A stretch of DNA of 32,000 bases from Formosa sp. Hel1_33_131 (GTDB taxonomy: Bacteria > Bacteroidota > Bacteroidia > Flavobacteriales > Flavobacteriaceae): positions 150,001 to 182,000 of the forward strand of contig NZ_CP017260.1 of assembly GCF_001735745.1 (NCBI RefSeq), given 5' to 3'. The notes below the pieces were generated by a model. It was not told where the DNA came from. It did no database searches and saw nothing but the letters and a program-made list of their open reading frames with translations. Shown here piece after piece: positions 10,413 through 19,276 of this stretch. The position numbers were made by a program, and so were the translations under genes. Numbering within the stretch: the stretch's first letter is position 1; the number at the start of each line of letters is the position of its first letter.

Positions 10413-11432
10413 CGTCAGTTCCGTGAAAATTGGAAAATGATCGGAATAAGGAACCGAATAATTTTTGAATGTTCCGACCTTGAAGCTTTGATCTGCTAAG
10501 ATAAAATCAATTCGAACAGGAAAATATTTGAAATCAAAAGTACTGCCAAATCCAGTTCCCGAAGTCTCAAAAGCATCTAATAAATCCCCTTTTAAAATTC
10601 GATACACATACGAAAAGACAGTATTGTTAAAATCCCCACACATCAGCACTTTGTAGGGCGACTTGGCTACATGATTTGCAACCCGTTCAGCTTGGAATTG
10701 TTGTGCTTTAAAAGTGATCTCTAAGCGATTGAGGAGCTTGTTTGATTGCTCTTTATCAAGAGACTCTACATCTACATTGGCATCGATTCCAGACGACTGA
10801 AGATGGACATTATATACGCGTAGCGTATCTGATTTAATCAGTATATCTGCATAAATTGCACTGTTTGCAGAATTCGGGAAATTAATAAAACCAGAATCTA
10901 TAATTTTATAGGTTGACAAAATAGCGAGTTCTGATTTGTTATTTTTTGCCGGATTGGTTTGGTGCTTATAGCGGTAGGCTTTAAAATCTAAATCTGTACT
11001 TGAATCATACTCTTGAAAACACAAGATATTAGGAGATTCCTCTGAAATAAACTTCTGAATTTTAGTGGAAATGGTTTTATCATCAATCCAGTCATACAAG
11101 TTGAACAACCGTACATTATAGCTCATCAGAGTAAACGTGTCTTCTGATTTTGGAGTTGACTCCGATGAAAACTTGTAAAAAGACAAAATGTGATTATACC
11201 CAACAGCAAGTACTAACAACGATAGAAGGACTTGTTTTTTTAGTTTGATAAGCCAATAGACCGTAAAAAGTATATTCAAAACAATCAATAAAGGAACGGA
11301 CAAACTAAGGGTGGATATCAGCGCGTACGATTTTGGGGGTACATAAGACAAGCCATAAGATAAGAGCAACAAGAGCGCAAGCACTGAATTTATCAGAAAT
11401 ATAAACTTATTAAGAAGGTTTAAGTTTTTCAA
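10401..11432 (-). CDS. membrane-anchored endonuclease/exonuclease/phosphatase (EEP) family protein
   Basis: N-terminal TM helices are followed by EEP motifs (SYNVRLFN, LCFQE, CGDFN, SDHFPI). The 3' end overlaps the convergent upstream gene by 12 nt. Confidence 0.85.
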   Translation of the reverse strand: MKNLNLLNKFIFLINSVLALLLLLSYGLSYVPPKSYALISTLSLSVPLLIVLNILFTVYWLIKLKKQVLLSLLVLAVGYNHILSFYKFSSESTPKSEDTFTLMSYNVRLFNLYDWIDDKTISTKIQKFISEESPNILCFQEYDSSTDLDFKAYRYKHQTNPAKNNKSELAILSTYKIIDSGFINFPNSANSAIYADILIKSDTLRVYNVHLQSSGIDANVDVESLDKEQSNKLLNRLEITFKAQQFQAERVANHVAKSPYKVLMCGDFNNTVFSYVYRILKGDLLDAFETSGTGFGSTFDFKYFPVRIDFILADQSFKVGTFKNYSVPYSDHFPIFTELTLHK

Positions 11433-11438
11433 ATCTCT

Positions 11439-12308
11439 CTATTTTCCAGCTCGGAATAAAAAATCCTTTTCTGCTTGGGTTAAACTTTCGTAGCCACTTT
11501 TACCGATTTTATCTAAAATAAGATCAATTTGTTTTTGATGCGTAAAACGTTCAAACTCTTCTTTTTTCTTACCAGCATAAGAATCTTTTTTCTTCTTTTT
11601 GTGAACCGTTTTTAGCGGTGCCGTTGACCTAGAGAAATAGGCGATCATACGATCAATAAACTCCCCAATATCAGTACCCTTTTGAAATTGCGTTGCATAA
11701 AAATAGCCTAACACATACCCTCCAAAATGTGCGACCGAACCACCTGAGTTTTGAGATAATAAACCCGGAATGTCAAACAAAACCATCGCGATACCTATGT
11801 ATTTTAATGGAAATTGAAAGGTGAAAAACCGTACTTCTTTGTTAGGTAAATAGGCACATAAAAAAATAATTACTGCGCGTACCCCCGCAGAAGCACCAAC
11901 TAAAGGCCCTACCGTATTTAAAATGCCGGTCGGAAATAGATTATACAACAATACAAAAGCAAAACCTCCTGACAGGATGCCCAGTACATATACTTTAAGT
12001 GAAATATCTTGTTTAAATAAATTTGAAAACGAGCGTCCAAAGAAATACAAGACAATCATATTGAAGAATAAATGGACAAAACTATAATGAGTAAAGCCAT
12101 ACGTTAATAAAGTCCACGGTTTTGAAAGGACTTCCGAAAATGATTTTGAAAGCGAGAGCCATTCTAAATTTGCGCCACTCCCTTGAAGTCTTAAAGCAAT
12201 AAAACTAACTAGAAACACAAGCACATTTGCGACAATGATTTTTTCAAATACATTGAGTCTTGATAATTTTTCTCTGATATCTTGATTTAGGTTTGTCATT
12301 AATTCCAA
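11439..12308 (-). CDS. rhomboid-family intramembrane protease with a Lys-rich C-terminal cytoplasmic tail
   Basis: HxxxN region (HYSFVHLFFNM), Ser region (VGASAGV) and His region (AHFGGYVLG) are present. The C-terminal tail reads HKKKKKDSYAGKKKEE...LTQAEKDFLFRAGK. Confidence 0.8.
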   Translation of the reverse strand: MELMTNLNQDIREKLSRLNVFEKIIVANVLVFLVSFIALRLQGSGANLEWLSLSKSFSEVLSKPWTLLTYGFTHYSFVHLFFNMIVLYFFGRSFSNLFKQDISLKVYVLGILSGGFAFVLLYNLFPTGILNTVGPLVGASAGVRAVIIFLCAYLPNKEVRFFTFQFPLKYIGIAMVLFDIPGLLSQNSGGSVAHFGGYVLGYFYATQFQKGTDIGEFIDRMIAYFSRSTAPLKTVHKKKKKDSYAGKKKEEFERFTHQKQIDLILDKIGKSGYESLTQAEKDFLFRAGK

Positions 12309-13120
12309 CGGTATTTATCGAATTGATTTTTTTTCCAGAAATACATCAGCAAAAAGCCAGTGACCGCCCCTCCGATGTGGGCAATATAAGCGGTATTGCT
12401 AGGACTAAAAATAGACACGCCTGTAAAAGCTGAAAACAAGTCTAGAGCGATAATTCCAGGGATGAAATATTTTGCTTTGATTGGGATTGGTAAAAAGAGC
12501 ATCATCAACTCCGCATTCGGGTTAAGCATTCCAAACGCGACCAAAACGCCCATAATAGCACCTGACGCTCCAACCATGGATCCATTACTTTTAACGTTTA
12601 AATCAAACAACATTCGAAATGAATCTCCATTGAGTTGATTCAAACTATAACCATAACTAGACATGACGGGTTCTAACTTAGACGCTAAAATTTCGCCTTT
12701 AAACATTTGATCGCTTATAATATTTAAACTGGATGCTTCTCTGATAAAATCAAAAGAAAAACCCAATGCTTTTAAGTCGCTTAACATCGGATATACTTGA
12801 ATGTAATACACCAAAAAAGTCAAGGCCACAGCACCCAAACCTGATGAGAGGTAGAAAATTAAAAATTTTCGCTGACCAAAGATGCGTTCTACTGCGGTTC
12901 CAAACATCCATAATGCAAGCATGTTAAATAATAAATGCTGAAAACCACCATGCATAAACATGTGGGTAAATACTTGCCATGGCATAAAATAGTCACTCAA
13001 CGGATAGTAAAGCGCTAATAACCCATAGAACAACTCTTTATTTCCCAATAAGTAAGTTCCTAAAAACACGATGATGTTGACAATAAGAAGATGCTTAACA
13101 GTTGGGGTTATTTGACGCAT
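12299..13120 (-). CDS. rhomboid-family intramembrane serine protease
   Basis: HGGFQHLLFNM, the catalytic GASGAIMG and AHIGGAVTG are present. The 3' end overlaps the next rhomboid gene by 10 nt. Confidence 0.85.
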   Translation of the reverse strand: MRQITPTVKHLLIVNIIVFLGTYLLGNKELFYGLLALYYPLSDYFMPWQVFTHMFMHGGFQHLLFNMLALWMFGTAVERIFGQRKFLIFYLSSGLGAVALTFLVYYIQVYPMLSDLKALGFSFDFIREASSLNIISDQMFKGEILASKLEPVMSSYGYSLNQLNGDSFRMLFDLNVKSNGSMVGASGAIMGVLVAFGMLNPNAELMMLFLPIPIKAKYFIPGIIALDLFSAFTGVSIFSPSNTAYIAHIGGAVTGFLLMYFWKKNQFDKYRWN

Positions 13121-13121
13121 A

Positions 13122-14957
13122 TTAATTGAATTTTTTATCGAGTTCTTCGACCTTTAAGGTTGTGAAAACTGTTTTGTTAGCGGGTGAAATTGAGGGCTCT
13201 TTACAAGAAAACAACGTGTTTACGATGTGTTCTTGTTCTTCTCGTTCTAATTTTTTTCCATTTTTAATCGCCAGACTTTTAGCGAGGGACTTGGACAATA
13301 AGTCGCTGACACTAAAATTCACATCGGGGACTTCATGTTCTATATCATGAATGAGTTGTTCGAATACAATATGCACTTCGGATTCTTTGACGCCGACGGG
13401 CACTCCTGTGAGTTCAATATTTTCATCTGTAAAAGAAGAAAAAACAAAACCAGTCGTTTCTAAAGCCTGTTGAAGGTCTTTTAAAATGGTGTTATCTGAG
13501 TTTGAAAATTTGAGTTCTAAGGGGAATAATAATTGTTGACTGACCGCTTCATTCACCGTGGTTTTACGAAGAAATTCTTCATATAAAATACGTTCATGGG
13601 CTCTGTTTTGATCGATGACAAGCATCCCAGACTTGATCGTATTGATGATGTACTTATTGTGTAATTGAAATGTTTTCTGTGCCTTTCGCTCTGTGGACTC
13701 ATCAAAAATAGACGAGGTCATTTCATCGGATTCATAGTTGACTTGACTAAAACTATCTGTATTCGATTTGGATTCCAGCCCAACATACAACCCTTCCCAA
13801 GCGTTCCCTGCCGGTTTGGAATACGATGGTGCTGCGGATTGATTGGAGTTTGAAAATGGATTGAAAGCGCGATCGACTTCAACTTTTGGAAGTGCCGTTT
13901 GTCCACCCGCAAAGCCGTAAGGGGTATCTAAATTTTTATCACGATCAAAATCAAGTACAGGCGCAATACTGAATTGCCCCAAACTGTGTTTGACCGCGGC
14001 TCTTAAAATCGCATAGATGGTTTGTTCGTCATCAAATTTAATTTCCGTTTTTGTGGGGTGAATATTGATGTCAATACTTTTGGGGTCCACTTCTAAATTT
14101 AAAAAATAACAGGGATGTTTCCCAGGCTGAAGCACCCCTTCAAAAGCTGCTGAGATAGCATGGTTCAGATACGGACTCTTTATAAATCGGTTGTTCACAA
14201 AAAAGAATTGCTCCCCTCTAGATTTCTTTGAATACTCTGGTTTTCCGACAAACCCAGAGATTGTTAGAACCTCTGTTGTTTCTTCAACAGGGACTAGTTT
14301 CTCATTCATTTTCCCCCCAAAGGTACTGACAATACGTTGTCTGAAATTCCCTTTTAATAGATTAAAGAGATCGCTTCCATTGTGGTACATGGAAAAACTG
14401 ATGGTTGGATGTGCCAAAACCACTCTGTGAAATTCATCAATGATATGGCGTAGCTCGACAGTATCGGATTTTAAAAAATTACGTCTTGCAGGAATGTTAA
14501 AAAACAAATTCTTAACTGCAATAGACGAGCCATTGGGCGTTGCAACCACTTCTTGGGACGTGAAAACACTGCCTTCCACCGACAAAAGCGTTCCTAATTC
14601 GTCAGAAGCTTGTTTGGTTTTCATCTCCACATGTGCAATCGCAGCAATACTCGCAAGAGCTTCACCTCTAAATCCTTTTGTATGGAGGTTAAATAAATCG
14701 TCGGCGACTTTAATTTTAGAGGTCGCATGCCGTTCAAAACTCAACCGTGCATCGGTCACACTCATTCCTTTTCCGTCGTCAATGACTTGAATCAATATTT
14801 TACCTGCGTTTTTTACGAGTAACTTGACGGTGGTGGCGCCTGCATCAATCGCATTTTCAAGGAGTTCTTTCACCACAGAGGCGGGGCGTTGTACAACTTC
14901 TCCTGCTGCAATTTGATTTGCCACGTGATCGGGTAACAATTGAATTATATCTGCCAT
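13122..14957 (-). CDS. mutL: DNA mismatch repair protein MutL
   Basis: 611 aa. N-terminal GHKL ATPase motifs are present (IAAGEVVQRPASVVKELLENAIDAG, DDGKGM, GFRGEAL). The C-terminal dimerisation domain contains DQNRAHERILYE. Confidence 0.93.
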   Translation of the reverse strand: MADIIQLLPDHVANQIAAGEVVQRPASVVKELLENAIDAGATTVKLLVKNAGKILIQVIDDGKGMSVTDARLSFERHATSKIKVADDLFNLHTKGFRGEALASIAAIAHVEMKTKQASDELGTLLSVEGSVFTSQEVVATPNGSSIAVKNLFFNIPARRNFLKSDTVELRHIIDEFHRVVLAHPTISFSMYHNGSDLFNLLKGNFRQRIVSTFGGKMNEKLVPVEETTEVLTISGFVGKPEYSKKSRGEQFFFVNNRFIKSPYLNHAISAAFEGVLQPGKHPCYFLNLEVDPKSIDINIHPTKTEIKFDDEQTIYAILRAAVKHSLGQFSIAPVLDFDRDKNLDTPYGFAGGQTALPKVEVDRAFNPFSNSNQSAAPSYSKPAGNAWEGLYVGLESKSNTDSFSQVNYESDEMTSSIFDESTERKAQKTFQLHNKYIINTIKSGMLVIDQNRAHERILYEEFLRKTTVNEAVSQQLLFPLELKFSNSDNTILKDLQQALETTGFVFSSFTDENIELTGVPVGVKESEVHIVFEQLIHDIEHEVPDVNFSVSDLLSKSLAKSLAIKNGKKLEREEQEHIVNTLFSCKEPSISPANKTVFTTLKVEELDKKFN

Positions 14958-14960
14958 CTA

Positions 14961-15233
14961 CTAGAAAAATATACTTAAATCAAAATCTATAATCCAAAGG
15001 AACACAAATATCAAAATTAAAATTATAATGGAAACTCTTCTGTTCGCTACGGTATTGGGGTTTGTTTTTAAATCGTCTATTGCATTGACAAACTTGCCCT
15101 TGAGGTTTGTTTTTTCAATGGTGACACGTTGATCGTCAAATTTATGTTTAATCTCAAAAGGGCTTTGCTCACTTTTATAAAAGCGAGGTGTGTAATTATA
15201 TCTCTTATTTTTTTTGGTGTTAAATATACCCAT
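14961..15233 (-). CDS. hypothetical small tail-anchored membrane protein
   Basis: 90-aa ORF with an ATG start and a basic N-terminal part. A single C-terminal TM helix (VSIIILILIFVFLWII) is present. It is packed tightly between mutL and the next ORF on the same strand. Confidence 0.5.
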   Translation of the reverse strand: MGIFNTKKNKRYNYTPRFYKSEQSPFEIKHKFDDQRVTIEKTNLKGKFVNAIDDLKTNPNTVANRRVSIIILILIFVFLWIIDFDLSIFF

Positions 15234-15242
15234 GACGTAACA

Positions 15243-15497
15243 TTATAAAGTGTCTAAAATGTAGATTCCAATCAACAAAAGGACGCATGCAATTAAAAGC
15301 CAAGTTAATGAAAAACCACGTGATTTTCTAGTAGATTTCAGACGAAAATGTTCCTTATTTAAAGTCGAGTTATCTCTAGAGGAAGTCGATGTAGATGTTC
15401 TTAACTTAAATTTTCTGGGTTTTCTAGGAATCAATTGCTTTGTATTTTGAGACTCTTCAAAAATACTCAAATCTGTAGAATCAAAAACAAATTGCAC
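15243..15497 (-). CDS. hypothetical small tail-anchored membrane protein (Ser/Lys/Arg-rich)
   Basis: 84-aa ORF with a GTG start and a C-terminal TM helix (WLLIACVLLLIGIYIL). It is on the same strand as ribH and just downstream of it. I recognise no homology. Confidence 0.4.
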   Translation of the reverse strand: MQFVFDSTDLSIFEESQNTKQLIPRKPRKFKLRTSTSTSSRDNSTLNKEHFRLKSTRKSRGFSLTWLLIACVLLLIGIYILDTL

Positions 15498-15522
15498 TAA
15501 AAATTATCAACAGTTGTTGATT

Positions 15523-16008
15523 TTATAAGGTATGACTCAAATGTGCCATCTTAATTGCAGTGATGGCAGCTTCTACACCTTTATTGCCATGTGCTCCCCC
15601 AGAGCGATCTATGGATTGTTGGAGGTTATTATCTGTTAAAACGCAAAAAACAACGGGCACTTCATGAAGCACATTTAAATCTTTGATGCCCTGCGTTACA
15701 CCATCACACACAAAATCGAAGTGTTGCGTTTCTCCTTTGATGACACTTCCAATAGCAATCACAGCATCTACAAGTTGTTGCTGCATTTTTTTAGCTCCAA
15801 AAATAAGCTCAAAGCTCCCTGGCACGTGAATAGTTTTGATATTTGATTCTTCTGCACCACAATCTAATAAAGCATCTATAGCGCCTTTAAGCAAGCCTTC
15901 CGTAATGGTTGAGTTCCACTCAGAAACAACAATCCCAAACCGCAAAAGTGTCGCGTCTGGGAGTGCTGTTGCATCGTAATTAGATAAGTTAGTGTTTTCT
16001 GTAGCCAT
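15523..16008 (-). CDS. ribH: 6,7-dimethyl-8-ribityllumazine synthase
   Basis: 161 aa with RFGIVVSEWN, VPGSFE and G(E)TQHFDFV motifs typical of RibH. Confidence 0.92.
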   Translation of the reverse strand: MATENTNLSNYDATALPDATLLRFGIVVSEWNSTITEGLLKGAIDALLDCGAEESNIKTIHVPGSFELIFGAKKMQQQLVDAVIAIGSVIKGETQHFDFVCDGVTQGIKDLNVLHEVPVVFCVLTDNNLQQSIDRSGGAHGNKGVEAAITAIKMAHLSHTL

Positions 16009-16010
16009 GA

Positions 16011-16778
16011 TTAGTTTATCGCTGCTTCCGCTTTTCCGATAAAAACCTCAATGTCTTTAGCTTCGGTGCTTTCTGGAAAGTCCGATTTAATTTGATTAAA
16101 GAATCCTAATGCTTTCGCATTATTTCCCAACTTCAAACCAATCATCCCCGCTTTGTAAAGATACATAGGCGTGGTATAGTCGTTTGATTTAAGTTGTGCT
16201 GCTTGTACATAATAGTCGTAGGCATCATCCAATTGCTCTAATTGAACAAATGCATCACCAATACCTCCTTTTGCTATCGGTCCAAGAACATCATCTTCAG
16301 ATGAAAATGCATTCAAATAGGTCACAGCGTTCGTGTAATCTTTCATGTTTAAGTATGCCATTCCAGCGTAATAATTAGATAGATTTCCAGCTTTCGTTCC
16401 GCTGTATACATCTGCGATATCTAAAAAACCGTATTTACCATCTGCACCATTCAGTGCTAATGTAAATAAAGAATCTTTAGAAGTCCCATTGACCGCTTGG
16501 TCAAAATATTGTTGTGATTGAAACATATCGTTTGTGGCAACACTTTCTTTTGGTTCTTGAATAAATTTATCAAACCCTAAAAAGCCCAACACCAATACGG
16601 CTGCTAAACCTACGATGATAAAAATGTATTTTTGATTTTTTATAACCCATTCTTCAGTACGTGATGCCGATTCGTCGAGGGTGTTAAAAACCTCAGCGGT
16701 TGTTGATCCATCTTCAATTGAAGTCTCTTTTTCTGTCTTCGTTGACGGTTTTCCGCCTCGTTTCTTATATGTTGCCAT
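16011..16778 (-). CDS. TPR-repeat membrane protein (YfgM-like), co-transcribed with ribH
   Basis: A single TM helix (IFIIVGLAAVLVLGFLGF) is followed by TPR-like helices. I chose the ATG at 16778 (MATYKKRGG...). The track's TTG start at 16802 lies inside a TAnnTTTG promoter box. Confidence 0.7.
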   Translation of the reverse strand: MATYKKRGGKPSTKTEKETSIEDGSTTAEVFNTLDESASRTEEWVIKNQKYIFIIVGLAAVLVLGFLGFDKFIQEPKESVATNDMFQSQQYFDQAVNGTSKDSLFTLALNGADGKYGFLDIADVYSGTKAGNLSNYYAGMAYLNMKDYTNAVTYLNAFSSEDDVLGPIAKGGIGDAFVQLEQLDDAYDYYVQAAQLKSNDYTTPMYLYKAGMIGLKLGNNAKALGFFNQIKSDFPESTEAKDIEVFIGKAEAAIN

Positions 16779-16799
16779 GGTCGTATTATTATTGAGGTT

Positions 16800-16807
16800 C
16801 AAAAATA
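16800..16807 (-). promoter_or_regulatory. Bacteroidota sigma-A '-7' box (TATTTTTG) for the TPR-ribH operon
   Basis: Exact match to TAnnTTTG on the minus strand, 21 nt upstream of the ATG at 16778. The ndk and pepD boxes have similar spacing. Confidence 0.4.
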
Positions 16808-16917
16808 TAATTTTTATTCGTAAAAAAAAGGCAAATTATTTGTTATTTTTCAATAATTTGCAGCATCTTTTTAAAAGCCTCATAAGAAGATAATTAAAAA
16901 ATATAGACCAATTTCAC

Positions 16918-17997
16918 ATGATTTTAAAATCATTAAACTTATTAAACTACAAAAATTTCGATGCCTTTTCGGTAGAATTTGATGCGAAAATCAATTGTTT
17001 CGTTGGCGCTAATGGTGTCGGAAAAACGAATATTTTAGACGCAATTTACCACCTCTCTTTTGGGAAAAGTTATTTCAACCCGATTGCCTCGCAAAACATC
17101 CGCCATGAAGAAGATTTTTTTGTGGTCGATGGTTTGTATGAAAAGAAGGATCGCGAAGAAAAAATAATCGTTTCTCTTAAAAGAGGTCAGAAGAAAATCA
17201 TCAAACGAAACGGAAAAGCATACGATCGTTTTAGCGATCATATTGGTTTTTTACCCTTAGTGATTATATCGCCTACCGATCGCGATTTGATTACTGAAGG
17301 CAGTGATACCCGCCGGAAATTTATGGATGGTGTCATCTCTCAAAGTGACAAAAGCTATCTAGAAGCCTTATTAAATTACTCTAAAATACTGGCGCAAAGA
17401 AATGCGTTGTTAAAATATTTTGCCTTAAATAATAACTTTAATAAAGACTCGTTAGATGTTTATAATGAACAACTTAACGAGTATGGATGTGAGATTTACG
17501 ACAAGCGAAAAACGTTTTTAGAAGTCTTTACGCCCATCTTTAAAAACCGCTATAAAGCAATTAGTAACAACAGCGAAGACGTTGACTTACAATACAACAG
17601 TCAGCTAAATGATTCCTCTTTAATGGAGTTGTTTGCAACTAGCATCAACAAGGATCGGATGCTACAATATACAAGTGTTGGAATTCATAAAGACGATTTA
17701 GATTTTTCTATTAAAGGGTATCCTATTAAAAAATTCGGAAGTCAAGGACAGCAAAAATCATTTTTAATTGCTTTGAAACTGGCACAATTTGATTTTATCA
17801 AAGCGCAAAGTGGTGAGACTCCCCTACTCCTACTGGATGATGTTTTTGACAAACTTGACGAACAACGGGTGGCTCAAATTATTCAATTGGTAAATGACGA
17901 GAATTTTGGACAATTATTTATTTCGGACACCCATGCCGACCGAACCGAGAAAGCCATTAAAAGCGTGCATCAATCGTATCAAATATTTCAACTGTGA
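16918..17997 (+). CDS. recF: DNA replication and repair protein RecF
   Basis: 359 aa with Walker A ([14 protein letters not shown]), an ABC-like signature (GSQGQQKSF) and Walker B ([12 protein letters not shown]). Confidence 0.93.
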   Translation: MILKSLNLLNYKNFDAFSVEFDAKINCFVGANGVGKTNILDAIYHLSFGKSYFNPIASQNIRHEEDFFVVDGLYEKKDREEKIIVSLKRGQKKIIKRNGKAYDRFSDHIGFLPLVIISPTDRDLITEGSDTRRKFMDGVISQSDKSYLEALLNYSKILAQRNALLKYFALNNNFNKDSLDVYNEQLNEYGCEIYDKRKTFLEVFTPIFKNRYKAISNNSEDVDLQYNSQLNDSSLMELFATSINKDRMLQYTSVGIHKDDLDFSIKGYPIKKFGSQGQQKSFLIALKLAQFDFIKAQSGETPLLLLDDVFDKLDEQRVAQIIQLVNDENFGQLFISDTHADRTEKAIKSVHQSYQIFQL

Positions 17998-18413
17998 AAC
18001 AACTTATAGCCCTTTCGTTTTTTATTTTACTGAGTAGCTGCCAATCAGATGTGTCAACTTACATTCCTTTTGTAGAAGGCTATTGGGAAATTGTGAGCGT
18101 TACCAAGGATCAAAAAAAAGTCAAAGAATTTAAAATGAGTGGTTCTGTGGATTACTTTAAAGTGAATGCTGACTTATCGGGCTATCGAAAAAAAGTGACT
18201 CCACGATTTGATGGTGCTTTTGAGATCTCTCAGCATCAATCTGAATTTACCCTTTCTGTAACAGACGGTCGTTTATGGATTCATTACGATAACAATGACG
18301 TTGCTTACACTGAAGAAATCATGCGTGCCAACTCGGCAAGTTTAGTGACCTCCAATTCCGACGGATTTATATATACTTACAAACCTTATGAACCTTTAAT
18401 TTTTGATGAATGA
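17994..18413 (+). CDS. hypothetical lipoprotein
   Basis: GTG start overlaps the recF stop (GTGA). A signal peptide with lipobox (LLSSC) is present. 139 aa, family not recognised. Confidence 0.6.
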   Translation: MKQLIALSFFILLSSCQSDVSTYIPFVEGYWEIVSVTKDQKKVKEFKMSGSVDYFKVNADLSGYRKKVTPRFDGAFEISQHQSEFTLSVTDGRLWIHYDNNDVAYTEEIMRANSASLVTSNSDGFIYTYKPYEPLIFDE

Positions 18414-18706
18414 GTAAACGCCAAAACGATCCTTTCAAAATTGATGATTTAATGAAGTCCTTTGTGAAAGAAAATAAACTCGAAAAAGGGTTGGACAAAG
18501 TGAACGTGGAAGCTGCCTGGGCAGATATGATGGGCAACGGCGTCAATAACTACACCAACAGCGTGAAACTTCATAAAGACACGCTCTATGTAGAGCTAAG
18601 CTCTTCTGTTTTAAGAGAGGAATTGAGCTATGGAAAAGACAAAATCATTAGTATGCTGAACGAATCTCTTGGGAAAAACCTCATCACAAAATTAATTTTA
18701 AGGTAG
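18410..18706 (+). CDS. DUF721-family protein (recF-associated)
   Basis: 98 aa, with an ATGA overlap with the upstream gene. A small protein after recF is the usual DUF721 context. The LYVELSSSVLREEL segment fits the family as I remember it. Confidence 0.7.
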   Translation: MSKRQNDPFKIDDLMKSFVKENKLEKGLDKVNVEAAWADMMGNGVNNYTNSVKLHKDTLYVELSSSVLREELSYGKDKIISMLNESLGKNLITKLILR

Positions 18707-18767
18707 TATTGGGTATAAAAAAAGCCACAATAGAATTGCAGCTTTTAAAATATTTTATTGAACGTAT

Positions 18768-19187
18768 TTAAAACATCTCTCTTCCTGAAAAATGGAAAGC
18801 ACCTTCAATTGCAGCGTTTTCATCACTGTCACTTCCATGCACTGCATTTTCGCTAATAGAATCTGCAAACATATTACGGATGGTTCCTTCTACAGCTTCT
18901 GCTGGATTTGTTGCACCAATTAAAGTTCTGAAATCTTCTACTGCATTTTCCTTTTCAAGAATTGCCGCCACAATAGGGCCACGCGTCATGTAAGTTACCA
19001 GTTCGCCATAAAATGGACGCTCACTATGAACGGCATAAAAAGCTTCGGCATCTGCCTTTGTAAGTTGTGTTAATTTCATCGCTACGATTCTGAAACCTGA
19101 AGCTGTGATTTTTTCTACGATTCCACCTATATTCCCTTTTTCAACAGAATCGGGCTTAAGCATTGTAAACGTTTTGTTAGTTACCAT
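18768..19187 (-). CDS. ndk: nucleoside-diphosphate kinase
   Basis: From the ATG at 19187 the protein starts [13 protein letters not shown] and contains NAVHGSDS (catalytic His). The track's longer start at 19211 falls inside the predicted promoter box. Confidence 0.92.
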   Translation of the reverse strand: MVTNKTFTMLKPDSVEKGNIGGIVEKITASGFRIVAMKLTQLTKADAEAFYAVHSERPFYGELVTYMTRGPIVAAILEKENAVEDFRTLIGATNPAEAVEGTIRNMFADSISENAVHGSDSDENAAIEGAFHFSGREMF

Positions 19188-19208
19188 GGTCTTTGTATAA
19201 ATTTTGTG

Positions 19209-19216
19209 CAAAAATA
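19209..19216 (-). promoter_or_regulatory. '-7' box TATTTTTG for ndk
   Basis: Exact TAnnTTTG match on the minus strand, 21 nt upstream of the ndk ATG at 19187. Confidence 0.4.
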
Positions 19217-19262
19217 AGGTTTTTCTACAAATAATTGAGCTTCCAACTATTTTAAAAAATTG

Positions 19263-19270
19263 TATCTTTG
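19263..19270 (+). promoter_or_regulatory. '-7' box TATCTTTG immediately upstream of the DHH gene
   Basis: Exact TAnnTTTG match that ends 6 nt before the ATG at 19277. Confidence 0.35.
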
Positions 19271-19276
19271 CACGCT

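Noticed and set aside
13126-14790. Several plus- and minus-strand ORFs of 62-116 aa inside mutL (13126-13350, 13665-13853, 13718-13912, 14191-14430, 14440-14790)
   Set aside because: All are embedded in or antisense to the well-supported mutL CDS. I recognise no motifs in them.
15312-15327. Near-palindrome AAAACCACGTGATTTT with a CACGTG core
   Set aside because: Its flanks do not match parS. It lies inside a small ORF and occurs only once. It is most likely a chance palindrome in AT-rich DNA.
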